A stretch of DNA of 64,000 bases from Candidatus Thorarchaeota archaeon (GCA_029855935.1 JAGSHN010000032.1:40756-104755), one strand, 5' to 3'; shown: positions 1-10,602, counted from the first letter of the stretch. Translations and numbers: made by a program. Notes: generated by a model from the sequence alone, not told the origin.

Positions 1-954
1 GGCACTGCGATGCAGTTCGGCCTGCTCGATGGCGACCCGGGAGCGCATTACACGACAGCATTCTTGATGACCTACAGGTCCGGTCGATGCGCAGCCAACT
101 GTGCCTTCTGTCCCCAGGCCCGAGAGAGTCATTCCTCCTCCGACCGTCTGTCTAGAATTGCTTGGCCAGACTTTGAGTTTGCACGTGTGCTTGACGCCAC
201 GGCGCAGCGCGGGCATCTGTTCGAGAGACTGTGCATCCAGTGCATCCTCTATCCCGGTCTTGTGGACGACATTGAGAGAATGGTCTTATCATTGAGGAAT
301 GTGACGCAGATGCCTATCTCTGTTGCCTCAGGACCTCTCTCTGAGGAGGAGCTGTCACGTCTCCGGAGTGCTGGTGTCAACGACATTGGGATAGCGATGG
401 ATGCCTCAACGCCCGAGATCTTCGACCGCGTCAAGGGCTCGGGACGCAGGACACGGTTTAGATGGGATTCCCACGTGGAAGCCATCAGACGGGCTCTCAG
501 GGTGTTTGGCCGTGGCCACGTGACGACTCACCTGATTGTGGGGCTGGGAGAAACTGAGGCAGAGGCTCTGGACTTTCTCAAGATGATGCACAGTCTTGGT
601 GTCACCGTGGGTCTCTTTGCACTGACCAGCGTCCGCGGAACGGCAATGGAGGACGCGTTGCCCCCGCCGCTCTCCGTGTACCGGCGTATTCAGGCAGCGA
701 GGTATCTTCTGTTCGAGGCTGGCCTCAATCAGTCGCTCATCAGGGTCGACGAAGAGGGCAGAATCACGGTCAAGTTAGATTCGAAGAGCATAAGAGGAAG
801 GCTCTCCACAGGTATTGCGTTTATGACCTCAGGCTGCAAGGGCTGCAACAGGCCGTATTACAACGAGCGGCCCCGAGGTCCGATGTACAACTTTCACAGG
901 CCGCTGACGAGAGAGGAGGCCAAGCAGGCACTACACGATACGGAGCTGATATGA
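1..954 (+). CDS. lipS2: Radical SAM protein, archaeal lipoyl synthase subunit LipS2-like (probably 5'-truncated by window edge)
   Basis: CxxxCxxC (CAANCAFC); C-terminal TSGCKGCNRP resembles the LipS2 TxGCPxC(N/D)RP motif; directly upstream of lipoate ligase genes; frame is open to position 1. Confidence 0.75.
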   Translation, partial: GTAMQFGLLDGDPGAHYTTAFLMTYRSGRCAANCAFCPQARESHSSSDRLSRIAWPDFEFARVLDATAQRGHLFERLCIQCILYPGLVDDIERMVLSLRNVTQMPISVASGPLSEEELSRLRSAGVNDIGIAMDASTPEIFDRVKGSGRRTRFRWDSHVEAIRRALRVFGRGHVTTHLIVGLGETEAEALDFLKMMHSLGVTVGLFALTSVRGTAMEDALPPPLSVYRRIQAARYLLFEAGLNQSLIRVDEEGRITVKLDSKSIRGRLSTGIAFMTSGCKGCNRPYYNERPRGPMYNFHRPLTREEAKQALHDTELI

Positions 955-957
955 AGA

Positions 958-1725
958 ATGGAGGAGTTGCGTTTCCTTGACCTTGAGACACACTCTGCAG
1001 CGATAAACATGGCCATAGACGAGGCGATAATGCGGTCGCTGCGTGACGGTGCGGCAGTTCCCACCTTCAGGATATACAGATGGCAGCCCTCCGCTGTTTC
1101 CATCGGTGTCTTTCAAAGCATGCGCGAGGAGGTCAATCTCGACTACTGCAAGACCTTTGGTATTGATGTCGTCAGGCGGATAACTGGTGGCGGTGCTGTC
1201 TATCACGACTATGATGGCGAGATCACCTACAGCGTCATCCTCCCTCAGGGTCATCGTCTGGCCCCTGCGGACATTCTCGAGTCCTATAAGTTGCTCTGCA
1301 AGGGCATAATTCTTGCACTCCGTCATCTCGGTATCAAGGCCGAGTTCCGCCCGGTCAACGACATCGTGACGGGTGGAAAGAAGATCTCGGGCAACGCCCA
1401 GACACGCAGGTTCTCGTGTCTGCTCCAGCACGGTACTACGCTTCTTGGCCTCGATGTCCGGAAGATGTTCTCCGTCCTTCGGGTGCCGCAGGAGAAGATC
1501 TCCGACAAGATGATAGATGATGTCAAGCAGCGGGTGACCTCCATCCGGGACGTTCTCGGCGAGATGGTGGGGATGACGGAACTCCGTGATGCCATAGTCG
1601 CTGGGTTCTCCGAGGCACTCAAAGTCGAGCTTGTCCCCGGAGCTCTATCCCGGACAGAGTGGGAGATGGCCAACACACTGGCGCGGGAGAAGTACTCGAG
1701 TGATGAATGGAACTTCAAGAGGTGA
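958..1725 (+). CDS. lplA: Lipoate-protein ligase, catalytic (N-terminal) domain
   Basis: NMAIDEA, RRITGGGAVYHD, KKISGNAQ and LQHGT motifs. Confidence 0.92.
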   Translation: MEELRFLDLETHSAAINMAIDEAIMRSLRDGAAVPTFRIYRWQPSAVSIGVFQSMREEVNLDYCKTFGIDVVRRITGGGAVYHDYDGEITYSVILPQGHRLAPADILESYKLLCKGIILALRHLGIKAEFRPVNDIVTGGKKISGNAQTRRFSCLLQHGTTLLGLDVRKMFSVLRVPQEKISDKMIDDVKQRVTSIRDVLGEMVGMTELRDAIVAGFSEALKVELVPGALSRTEWEMANTLAREKYSSDEWNFKR

Positions 1726-1729
1726 GGAC

Positions 1730-2026
1730 GTGTATAGGTCGGTCTACAAGGTACCGGGCGGCAAGCTGTTGAAGGTACAGTTCGACGTTGCTGAAGGCCG
1801 TCTTACAAGTGTTCGTTTCACGGGCGACTTCTTTCTTCATCCGGAGGAGGCGCTGGAGGAGATTGAGTCGAGGCTTGTGGGCGTGGAGCCGGAGCCTGAC
1901 CGCATCCGTTCAGTCGTTGAAGACGTGTTCAGAGAACGTAATGTCACTGCCGTTGGCTGCGGTCCTGCCGACTTTGCGGAGGTCATAATTGACGCTCTGC
2001 AGCGGGGCCCGGCGGAGTCGGTCTGA
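1730..2026 (+). CDS. Lipoate-protein ligase C-terminal domain subunit (LplB-like)
   Basis: GTG start after GAGGTGAGG; KVPGGKLLKV...TGDFFLHPEEALEEIE..L.G signature. Confidence 0.85.
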   Translation: MYRSVYKVPGGKLLKVQFDVAEGRLTSVRFTGDFFLHPEEALEEIESRLVGVEPEPDRIRSVVEDVFRERNVTAVGCGPADFAEVIIDALQRGPAESV

Positions 2027-2251
2027 GGGCCGACCTTCTCCCTGCCGCGCTGAGGTGAGGCTGTCGGTCCTGTGCCTCGCCCAATGGCGGTTAACATCGG
2101 ACATTCTTGTCTCGCAGCAGACCAAATCCTTCCTTACATGAGCTAATCCGACAGGTATCGAATCGCCATGGCGTTTACCTGGGACCTAACAGGTCGTGTT
2201 TCCGCAGGCCAAAGCTTATTCTGGCCAACGGTTTGGGTAGAATTGACTGCT

Positions 2252-2494
2252 ATGACCGATGCCAGATTCTACAATGACAAGATATACGTCCCCCGAAGTG
2301 TTCGCGAGAAACTTGGGCTAAGGAATGGCGACATAGTCCGATTTCAGACAACCAGCGAGGGCGAAGTGCGGCTTGTTATTCTGAGGAATAGTGAGGCGAC
2401 ACAACGGCTTCTCAAGCTGCTGGAGCACCCTCCAGACTTGGGAGCAATCAGGGGCGGACTGAGTTGGGCTGAGATCTATGAAAACGTTGCTTGA
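2252..2494 (+). CDS. AbrB/MazE-family antitoxin
   Basis: IYVPRSVREKLGLRNGDIVRF AbrB motif; overlaps the downstream PIN gene. Confidence 0.8.
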   Translation: MTDARFYNDKIYVPRSVREKLGLRNGDIVRFQTTSEGEVRLVILRNSEATQRLLKLLEHPPDLGAIRGGLSWAEIYENVA

Positions 2495-2933
2495 CACAAA
2501 TCTGCTAGTTCACGCATTCAACGCATCGTCTCCACATCACGCGCGGGCCAAGAGAGTACTGCACGATGCTCTGGAGTCACGCATTGACGCATATGTCACC
2601 CCTCAAATCCTCTATGAGTTCTTTGCTGTTGTCACGGACTCACGCAGAGTGGAATGCCCTCTCTCCACTGAGGACGCAACCAAGATATGTACGGACCTCT
2701 GGGTTTCCCCTGCCATCACGATTCTCGAACCCCAGTCCGCGATATCCCTGGATGTGTTTGAACTGGCCAATTCCCACGGATTGCGGGGGGCCGAGATACT
2801 TGACTGTGTCATAGCGGCGACAGCGCGGGCGTGTGGCATATCTCGTATCATTACCCAGAATGTCAAAGACTTTGCGAAGTTCGACTTCCTCGGTGTCGTG
2901 AATCCCTTTCACGACTGGGCCACCCTCCGGTAG
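2478..2933 (+). CDS. vapC: PIN-domain (VapC-like) toxin
   Basis: LLDTNLLV, YEF, D.VIAATA and TQNVKDF acidic PIN residues. Confidence 0.88.
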   Translation: MKTLLDTNLLVHAFNASSPHHARAKRVLHDALESRIDAYVTPQILYEFFAVVTDSRRVECPLSTEDATKICTDLWVSPAITILEPQSAISLDVFELANSHGLRGAEILDCVIAATARACGISRIITQNVKDFAKFDFLGVVNPFHDWATLR

Positions 2934-3188
2934 GCGCAGCAAGGTTGTTTCCTGAAGGCCGACAACAGTCTATCTGAACTAGCCAAGGGATCTGATCTCA
3001 TCTGCTGCTCTCTCTGGCGACGCCTAAGCGGGCCTTCCAAGGACTGGTTTCTCTTCTCAGAGGCAGTACCCGAAACGGCAGGTACTCGTCCAGTCGTAGA
3101 TAGAAAGATATACGCAGACGCACATCTGCTGAGCGAGCTCTGCCTCTGTTTCCGGAGGAGTCGAGATCAAAGGACGGTGCACTGAAGA

Positions 3189-4178
3189 ATGGCTCTTAAC
3201 GCCTATTTCACGATAGTTCTGCTGGCGATAGTCTTGTTTTTCATCGTGTGGGGTCTCGGGTGGCTCCTGGAGAGAATCTCGCGGGCTGCTCTAAAGACGA
3301 CGCGCGAGATAGGCTCAAGGGGATGGAAACTTCTTGTGGGTCCCGGAGTTGCCCTTCACGAGTCCTCGCACGCGCTCGGCTGCATCTTCACGGGAACGAA
3401 GATCGTCGAGTTCAAGCCGCTGGCGGTACAAGAGACCGAAGACGGAATTGTTCTTGGGTACGTGTCTCATCAGAGGCCATCGAGTCCGCTGAAGGGTGCC
3501 GTCATAGGTCTGGCGCCCGTGGCAGTCTCGCTGGTTCTGTTGGTGTTCTTCGCACTAGGAGCGACGTACCTTGTTCCCAGTAGTCCGGGCATTGGCGGCA
3601 GAGCGCTGGAGCTATTGACTGATCTCATCGGGTTGAAGAATAACCCTGCGCTGCTCGCCGACCCACTGTACCCGGCCGTGAGGATATTCGAGTTTGTCTA
3701 CCTCTTCCTGTACACCTTTGGTGCCCTCACGGTGATCAATCCGCTGTTCTGGATAGTGGCCTTCTTGGCGATGACGATAATGTTCAGCAACTCTCCCTCG
3801 GACGTTGACATTGAGAATGCATGGGCCGGACTGAAGATCATCCTCATCTTCGATCTGATATGGCTGGTCATTGCGTTCTTCTATCCCCTAGCAGGATGGG
3901 CCCTCTACGGGCTGTTCGAGCTGCTGGCCGTGTTGTGGGCGCTGTCGCTGGGTTTTGCTGCCGTGGGCATTGGTTTCTTCATTCTGCTTGCAGGTCTGTC
4001 CAGAATCCGCTATCCCTACAACATTGTACCCATCGTGGTCTGCATAGCGACTGGCATCGCGCTGATGTACGCTGGCATCGGTACGCCCACATTTCAGACG
4101 GTCGCGTCAATCGGTGCTCTCGTCGGAATGATACTCCTCCTGCTGGCTGTCAGGGGATCCCCCGAGCGGACAATCTGA
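3189..4178 (+). CDS. Polytopic membrane protein, M50-like zinc metallopeptidase
   Basis: GVALHESSH (HExxH), GYV.H, IGLAP and SPSDVD motifs; many TM segments. Confidence 0.65.
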   Translation: MALNAYFTIVLLAIVLFFIVWGLGWLLERISRAALKTTREIGSRGWKLLVGPGVALHESSHALGCIFTGTKIVEFKPLAVQETEDGIVLGYVSHQRPSSPLKGAVIGLAPVAVSLVLLVFFALGATYLVPSSPGIGGRALELLTDLIGLKNNPALLADPLYPAVRIFEFVYLFLYTFGALTVINPLFWIVAFLAMTIMFSNSPSDVDIENAWAGLKIILIFDLIWLVIAFFYPLAGWALYGLFELLAVLWALSLGFAAVGIGFFILLAGLSRIRYPYNIVPIVVCIATGIALMYAGIGTPTFQTVASIGALVGMILLLLAVRGSPERTI

Positions 4179-4239
4179 GGCGGCTGAAGAAGAAGCGTGA
4201 ACTCGCCGGGCCGCCTCGTCCTCCCCGGCCAACGTTCTC

Positions 4240-5115
4240 TCACAGGCTCTGCTCATATAGTATGAAATACCTGTTCTCGTACTCCTTGTCGACGTAGCCT
4301 AGGTATTTGGACCACTCCTTGGCTCTCTTGCCAAGAAACACGGCGATCCTGTGGATGCCCCTCTGGGCACTCTCCTCAACCACCCGTGCCATCACGTCGA
4401 CGAATGCTGTTCTGTCGATTGCGTACACGGTGTACGCAGCACGTCGCTGCTCTCCTCGCCCCACAACCCTGTAGAAATAGACAGCCTCTGGTGTGCCGTC
4501 CTCGCCAATCACCGCCCTGAACTCTGTCCTCTCTCCAAGCCTCTTCAACCCATCGACGCTCTTGTCCTCGAACATCCACGCAAGAGGGACCCTCTCTGTG
4601 TCAAGCAGGTCAGGATACTGGGTGCTGTAGTGGTACAGGCGCTCAGGAGAGATCGTCAGTGGCAGAATGTTCGGGCTCGGCGTAGGATGCGGCGGGTACG
4701 GGTGCTCGATCTTCAGATATCCCACCCGCGTGGCGATAGCGAAGCCTGTCTTCTCTGCCACACGCTGTGAGGCAACGTTCCTACTTCCTGTGGCGTATCT
4801 CAGGAGACGCAGGCCGCTGCGTCGGGCCTCACTCACAACGTGCTTGACGATCTGAGTGGCCAGTCCTTGCCCCTCATGTCTGGTACTGACTCGAAGTCCC
4901 TCGACCCAGGCGATGCCGGTCCCCGGGATGGACTCAAGCGCGCAGATTGCCACGATGTCCTCTCCCTCGTCTATGCCATAGACGTGAGCGGTGGGGCTTC
5001 TGATCCAGAGTGGGAACTGATCTGGAACATAGTCATTGCCCTCCCAGATATCGGCGCAGAGTCTTCTCACTCTGCCGCGATCCTCGATGGTCAGTTCTCG
5101 TGGAGTGGCTGTCAT
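4240..5115 (-). CDS. GNAT-family acetyltransferase
   Basis: GLRVSTRHEGQGLA acetyl-CoA motif; N.ASQRVAEKTGF. Confidence 0.85.
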   Translation of the reverse strand: MTATPRELTIEDRGRVRRLCADIWEGNDYVPDQFPLWIRSPTAHVYGIDEGEDIVAICALESIPGTGIAWVEGLRVSTRHEGQGLATQIVKHVVSEARRSGLRLLRYATGSRNVASQRVAEKTGFAIATRVGYLKIEHPYPPHPTPSPNILPLTISPERLYHYSTQYPDLLDTERVPLAWMFEDKSVDGLKRLGERTEFRAVIGEDGTPEAVYFYRVVGRGEQRRAAYTVYAIDRTAFVDVMARVVEESAQRGIHRIAVFLGKRAKEWSKYLGYVDKEYENRYFILYEQSL

Positions 5116-5211
5116 CTCAACGGCTGACGTACACCCTGCAATAAGAACCGATTGTTCTGTGCCATCATCTCTGGCGACGGGCTCTCGGGGCGCGGTCTAT
5201 CACGTCCGTAC

Positions 5212-6228
5212 TCATTCGTGTGTCCCCAACCCTATTCTTGCTCCGATCCGTCTGTTGATGGCGACCTCCCCGATGTCCGCACAATATGATGCTATCCTCT
5301 CAAGGTGCATTAGCAATAGGACCATTCTCGGTGACTTCTCTCTTCTTGACGAGCCCATCTTCTCAAGCCTCTTCGCAAGGCTCTCAGCGCTCTCCAGCAC
5401 TGCGATTGCTTTGTTGTCGCTGGTGGAGAGTGACTGCTCTCCACCATCTCCGATGTCGAAGAACGTCCTCGTTGTGTTCTCGTAGACCTCAGTCAACGAC
5501 TTTGCTACGCGGGCCACTGATGGCCGGACCGTCTTCATAGCCCTCAGCTCTGAGGCGGCACCGCAGACGTGATCGGCAATTCGCTCGACGTACTTGGCTG
5601 CCAGGCTGAAGTTGAGGCAGTCGGACGGGGAGATTGCTATTCTCTTGGCGTAGCTCAGGTCTTGAAGGGCGAGATGGCAGAGTCGCTCGACGAAGTACCT
5701 GTGACGGTCCACGTCTTCGTCCCGCGCGATGATCTTTGACGCAATGCTGACCTCACCCGTGACCATCGCATTGACCAACCCGTTGAGCATGTACTTTGCT
5801 GTTGCGAACTGACGCTTGAGGATGGGCTTGACCATTTGTTTCTCGCTTGTGTCGCTCACCACGATACTGGCACTGTGTTCGTCGAGAATCTCAAACCCGG
5901 GCAGCCTCCTTATCCATCCGCTGATCTTCTCTCTCACGCCTATCGCGATTGGCTCCGGGAAGACGATGTTGACAGAGTCGGCCCCTATCACGTACGCGCC
6001 AGTCAGCAGGTTCTCAATGCGCGACGGATTGACATCCGGCGACGATATTGTGAGTCCCCCTCCCTCGGTCTCGCGGACAGATGCTGGAAAGAGCATCAGC
6101 GCACCATCAGGGCCCTGTTCCATTCTGATCTCAGCGTTCTTGCTGAGCCTGTTTCTTCTGACCCACTCCCGCGGTAGGTACACATAGTAGGAGTTTCTCA
6201 CGAGGTGAAGTCGCCTTGTCACTGTCAT
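5212..6228 (-). CDS. Phosphate uptake regulator, AbrB domain plus PhoU domains
   Basis: N-terminal SYYVYLPREWV AbrB motif; two ERIA(D/S) PhoU helices; divergent from the pst operon. Confidence 0.85.
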   Translation of the reverse strand: MTVTRRLHLVRNSYYVYLPREWVRRNRLSKNAEIRMEQGPDGALMLFPASVRETEGGGLTISSPDVNPSRIENLLTGAYVIGADSVNIVFPEPIAIGVREKISGWIRRLPGFEILDEHSASIVVSDTSEKQMVKPILKRQFATAKYMLNGLVNAMVTGEVSIASKIIARDEDVDRHRYFVERLCHLALQDLSYAKRIAISPSDCLNFSLAAKYVERIADHVCGAASELRAMKTVRPSVARVAKSLTEVYENTTRTFFDIGDGGEQSLSTSDNKAIAVLESAESLAKRLEKMGSSRREKSPRMVLLLMHLERIASYCADIGEVAINRRIGARIGLGTHE

Positions 6229-6493
6229 CGGCGTATCTCCTCTTGGCGATTGTACTCGACTCGTCTCGGCCCGCACGCAGCAACGGGACGCTCCCTCCTG
6301 TCATCCGCCCCCTTTTCCCTTTTCCTATCCGTGGTGCAGTCCCCGCCACATGCCCGTACCAGCCGGCAGGTACGTGCTAGTGCACTCGCCGTACCATCCC
6401 CTCACCCGCCCTCCTCTGTGGCGTGGGCGTCCAAGTCGGCAACCAAGGCACGGGGCGCTGAAGCCTGACGCGCTCCCCGCTCGTACCGGTGCG

Positions 6494-6553
6494 CGTCTAG
6501 TACGTCTAGTACAAGCATGCCTTGGCAGTGAAGTGGATGCAGAGAGTTTAATA
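6494..6553 (+). promoter_or_regulatory. pst promoter: tandem CGTCTAGTA x2 upstream of a TATA-like AGAGTTTAATA
   Basis: Perfect 9-bp direct repeat at 6494-6511; AT-rich box at about 6543-6553. Confidence 0.4.
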
Positions 6554-6617
6554 CCTGCCTTTCCGGGGTCTGGACCCCAGAGTAGGGCCGTCTGTCGGTC
6601 CCGAGGATGGATAAGAG

Positions 6618-7664
6618 ATGGGACTGAAGACCACTTGCCTGGTGTTCGTTGCTGGGATAGTCCTTGGACTCGTCATAGGGCCTGTTGTGCTGGCGCCATC
6701 CTCCGGGGGTACTAGTCACACGATCACTACAGCAGGCTCGACGACGGTGTTTCCGCTCTCGCAGGAGTGGGCGACGCACTTTCATGATGACCATCCGACG
6801 TTTACCGTCAGTCCCAACACCGGAGGTTCGGGACTTGGGCAGAGCCAGGTGGCGGCTGGTCTGGTCGATATCGGAGCATCGAGCTCGTATCCCGAGCCTG
6901 CCTACTGGGAGAATAATCCGCACGTCAAGATACTCCCAGTGTGCGCGGACGGTGTCGCGGTCGTTGCCAATCCGGCTGTGAACGGCACCGTCCTGAGGCT
7001 TGACTGCGACATGGTCGTCGCCATGTTCCAGCGCGAGGTCACGACGTGGGAGGAGTTCGAGAGCACCTTTGGCGTGGAGATTCAGCAGACCGGTCCCATC
7101 AACGTGTACGTCCGTTCTGACGCCAGTGGGACCACGTCGACCTTTGCGCGCTGGCTGGAGACAGCCGACGAGAACACCAATCCCAACGGTGCTGAGTACG
7201 AGTGGACGCTGGGACATCACGAGTCGGTCTCGTGGCCAGAGGGCGTGAACTCCGTCGATGGTAATCCTGGGGTCGCACTTGGTGTGGCCGATGACCAGAA
7301 CGGGATTGGCTATGTCGGACTGGCATTCATGGAGGGTCTGACGACTGCGCAGTTGTACAACCCGTCAAGCGGGGAGTGGGTGTCTCCCTCGGTTCAGAAC
7401 GTGCTGAACGCGGTGCCCGAGGAGATGAGTGACCCTGGTGTGGATCTGATGAACGCACCAGCACACGACGCCTACCCCATTGCCCGTTTCCTGTACTATC
7501 TTGTCAACAGCGATCACCTGCGCTGGCCAGTACTGGTGTTTCTCGAGTGGGTGCTCGTCCGAGGGCAGGTCTATGTGCCCGATGTCGGGTACGTCCCTAT
7601 CACGGGCAGTTCGGCTATGACATATGCGCAGCAGGTCGTCAGTTCATTAAGCCCCACGGAGTGA
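6618..7664 (+). CDS. pstS: Phosphate ABC transporter substrate-binding protein
   Basis: GSTTVFP, GGSGLG, RSDASGTT, IGYV and YPIAR motifs; N-terminal TM/signal. Confidence 0.92.
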   Translation: MGLKTTCLVFVAGIVLGLVIGPVVLAPSSGGTSHTITTAGSTTVFPLSQEWATHFHDDHPTFTVSPNTGGSGLGQSQVAAGLVDIGASSSYPEPAYWENNPHVKILPVCADGVAVVANPAVNGTVLRLDCDMVVAMFQREVTTWEEFESTFGVEIQQTGPINVYVRSDASGTTSTFARWLETADENTNPNGAEYEWTLGHHESVSWPEGVNSVDGNPGVALGVADDQNGIGYVGLAFMEGLTTAQLYNPSSGEWVSPSVQNVLNAVPEEMSDPGVDLMNAPAHDAYPIARFLYYLVNSDHLRWPVLVFLEWVLVRGQVYVPDVGYVPITGSSAMTYAQQVVSSLSPTE

Positions 7665-7817
7665 TGTGGTTCTGAATGATGGAGCAGGAGACGCGCACTG
7701 AGATGGTGAAGAGTTGGTGCTCGCATACGATGGTGTCAGATGTTCTGGGTGCGAACAGACGGTTGCCGCGCTGGGCTGTGTCTCGGGCCCGGCCTGAGTT
7801 CGCCCGGAGGCGATGAG

Positions 7818-8843
7818 ATGGTAATGCCCACGATTAGAGAAACTCTTGCAGCGTGGTCGAGACAGATCTCTGAGAGATACGAGAGTCTGTCTATGCGGCT
7901 TCGACGTTTGAAGGACCCAGCACATGTCGACCTTGCTGGGCGAATCGGCCTCTTCATCCCAGCGACAACGGCAATCCTCATCATAGTCTTGATTCTGACC
8001 TTCCTGTGGTATGAGTCGATGCCAATCCTCACCAGTGATGTGGGTGGCCCGGCCATCTTTCTCGAGCCGACTTGGGACCCCAACAGAGACCTCTTTGGCA
8101 TCGGCGTCTTCATTGCCGGGTCGCTCGTCTGCACGGGAATTGCTCTCGGAGTCGCACTGCCTGTCGGAATCGGAGCCGCGATCTTCCTCAGCGAGTTCTG
8201 TCCGTCACATCTTAGGGACGTCCTTCGAATGATCATCGAGATGATGGCAGCCGTGCCGTCAATCGTCTACGGTCTATGGGCCTACACGGTGATGGTGCCG
8301 TGGATTCGCGACTCGGTGTATCCTGCGGTGTCTTCGAATCCTCTGCTCGCGTGGGTGCCGTTCCTTCAGGGCCCGACGAACGGCTACAGCGCTCTGGCTG
8401 GGGGCCTCATCCTCGCCATAATGCTGCTTCCGACGGTTGTCAGTGTATCGGATGATGCGCTGAGGTCCGTGCCACGGTCGCTCAGGGAGGCCTCGCTGGC
8501 CCTTGGTGCCTCGGAGAGCGAGACAGCCTTGAAGGTCGTACTGAGGGCGGCGTTGCCGGGCGTGGGCGCAGCCATTGTTCTCTCGCTCGGACGCGCGGTC
8601 GGTGAGACAATGGCCGTGCTGATGGTGACGGGCAACTCGCTCACGATTCCCTACTCGCTGTTTGACCCGTGCTATGTCATGACCAGCATAATCACGAATC
8701 AGCTGGGCTACGCCTTTGTCTTTCCGCTCTGGAGGTCCGCACTGTTCGCTGTCGCTCTGGTATTGATGCTGATGTCAATCTGTTTCACAGCGATAGCCAA
8801 GGTGCTGATCTGGAGAGGCACGCGGATAGGAGCAGTGGTCTGA
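7818..8843 (+). CDS. pstC: Phosphate ABC transporter permease
   Basis: PSIVYGLW, EASLALGA and GRAVGETMAV motifs. Confidence 0.92.
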   Translation: MVMPTIRETLAAWSRQISERYESLSMRLRRLKDPAHVDLAGRIGLFIPATTAILIIVLILTFLWYESMPILTSDVGGPAIFLEPTWDPNRDLFGIGVFIAGSLVCTGIALGVALPVGIGAAIFLSEFCPSHLRDVLRMIIEMMAAVPSIVYGLWAYTVMVPWIRDSVYPAVSSNPLLAWVPFLQGPTNGYSALAGGLILAIMLLPTVVSVSDDALRSVPRSLREASLALGASESETALKVVLRAALPGVGAAIVLSLGRAVGETMAVLMVTGNSLTIPYSLFDPCYVMTSIITNQLGYAFVFPLWRSALFAVALVLMLMSICFTAIAKVLIWRGTRIGAVV

Positions 8844-8852
8844 GGTGATGGA

Positions 8853-9833
8853 GTGAACAGGACGGACGATGAACGGGAGAGAGAAGGGACGCAGGCAGGA
8901 CGGCTCTGGACTGTTCTGTCAGAGGGCGGGACACGCCTTGTTGCGTTGGGCGGACGGGCACGAAGGCTGACACGCCGTGAGGTGAAGGACATAGTGTTCA
9001 AGTTGCTCGTGGCGCTGATGGTGCTGATCGTCGTGACACCTTTCTTCCTCCTTCTTGCGCGGCTGCTCTCTGTGGGCCTTCAGGACCTGGTGGGGTCGGG
9101 GCCCGGACAGGGCTGGGAACTGATAGCCACACTGCCTGGTGCTGCGCTCAGAGGCGGAGTACTCAATGCAATCGTCGGGACCACGGTTCTCGTCCTCGTT
9201 GCAACGGCAGTCGGAGTCCCCCTGAGCGTGATGGGTGCAGTGTATATCAATGAGTACTCCCGGCCGGGACGGGTTCGCACGGCAATCGAGTTCGGGGCCG
9301 ACGTCCTCGCCGGGATCCCCTCAATAGTGTTCGGCGCCTTCGGATTCACGTTCCTTGTGGCCTATCTCGGTCTCGGTCTGGGCGCTCTCACTGGTGGGTT
9401 GACGCTGGCCTTTATGATGATACCGACAGTGATGCGCACGACTCAGGAGGCGCTGAAGCAGGTGCCGTCTTCGCTGCGAGAGGCCTCTCTGGCTCTCGGT
9501 GCCACAAAGTGGGCGACCACTTGGCGGGTCACCGTCCGTGCTGCACTGCCCGGGATAGTGACGGGAATTCTGCTTGCGGTAGGTCGTGTGATGGGCGAGA
9601 CCGCTCCGCTGATCTTCACGACGGGCAACAATCTCGGGCTTCCGACGGGCCTAGTGGGACCGGAGTCGTGGGTGGCATCGCTACCGTTCACAATCTGGTC
9701 GTACATTATGGACCCACGTCCGTATCTTCAGGTGCGTGCACACAGTGCTGCCCTTGTTCTTCTGATGATGGTCCTCATCGTGGACATCTTGGCCAACTAC
9801 GCATCACGTCGCCTGACAAGGAGGATTGTCTGA
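8853..9833 (+). CDS. pstA: Phosphate ABC transporter permease
   Basis: GIPSIVFG, EASLALGATKW and GRVMGETAPL motifs. Confidence 0.92.
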   Translation: MNRTDDEREREGTQAGRLWTVLSEGGTRLVALGGRARRLTRREVKDIVFKLLVALMVLIVVTPFFLLLARLLSVGLQDLVGSGPGQGWELIATLPGAALRGGVLNAIVGTTVLVLVATAVGVPLSVMGAVYINEYSRPGRVRTAIEFGADVLAGIPSIVFGAFGFTFLVAYLGLGLGALTGGLTLAFMMIPTVMRTTQEALKQVPSSLREASLALGATKWATTWRVTVRAALPGIVTGILLAVGRVMGETAPLIFTTGNNLGLPTGLVGPESWVASLPFTIWSYIMDPRPYLQVRAHSAALVLLMMVLIVDILANYASRRLTRRIV

Positions 9834-10592
9834 GTGTACGAATACAGGATAGAGGTAAAGGACCTAAACACGTGGTTCGGCGAGAAGCATGTGCTGAAGA
9901 ACATAACGTGCTACTTCGAGGACAACTCTGTGACGGCCATAATGGGTCCCTCTGGCTGCGGAAAGAGCACACTCCTCAGGAGCATAAACCGGCTCAACGA
10001 TCTCATCCCTGGTTTCCGACTGACCGGGCAGATCTTCTTTGCAGGGAGCAACATCTACGACCCGGACAGAAACGTTTACGAGCTCCGAAAGAGAATAGGA
10101 ATGGTCTTTCAGAGGCCGAACCCGTTCCCGATGTCCATAAGGGAGAATCTCACCTTCGGTCCTCGTCTGCACGGCATAAAGGATGAGGACGAGCTTGAGC
10201 GTATTGTTGAGGACTCGCTACGCAAGGCCGCACTATGGGATGAGGTCAGAGATCAGCTCGACAGTCCAGCGGTCCATCTCTCAGGTGGTCAGCAGCAGCG
10301 TCTGTGTATTGCAAGGGCCCTCTCTGTCGATCCACCAGTGCTGTTGATGGACGAGCCTGTCTCAGCGCTTGACCCCATTAGCGCGGGAAAGATAGAGGAC
10401 CTCATCGTACAATTGAAGAAGGAATACACGATAATCCTAGTGACCCATAACGTTCAACAGGCGTTCAGGGTCTCGGACCAGGCGGCCTTTCTATATATGG
10501 GCGAACTTGTGGAGTTCGACAAGACAAAGCGAATTGCCGTCGCGCCTGAGGACCCACGGACAGAGGCCTTCATAACAGGCAGAATAGGATAG
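9834..10592 (+). CDS. pstB: Phosphate ABC transporter ATPase
   Basis: [30 protein letters not shown] and FITGRIG. Confidence 0.95.
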   Translation: MYEYRIEVKDLNTWFGEKHVLKNITCYFEDNSVTAIMGPSGCGKSTLLRSINRLNDLIPGFRLTGQIFFAGSNIYDPDRNVYELRKRIGMVFQRPNPFPMSIRENLTFGPRLHGIKDEDELERIVEDSLRKAALWDEVRDQLDSPAVHLSGGQQQRLCIARALSVDPPVLLMDEPVSALDPISAGKIEDLIVQLKKEYTIILVTHNVQQAFRVSDQAAFLYMGELVEFDKTKRIAVAPEDPRTEAFITGRIG

Positions 10593-10602
10593 GTGGAGAC
10601 AG

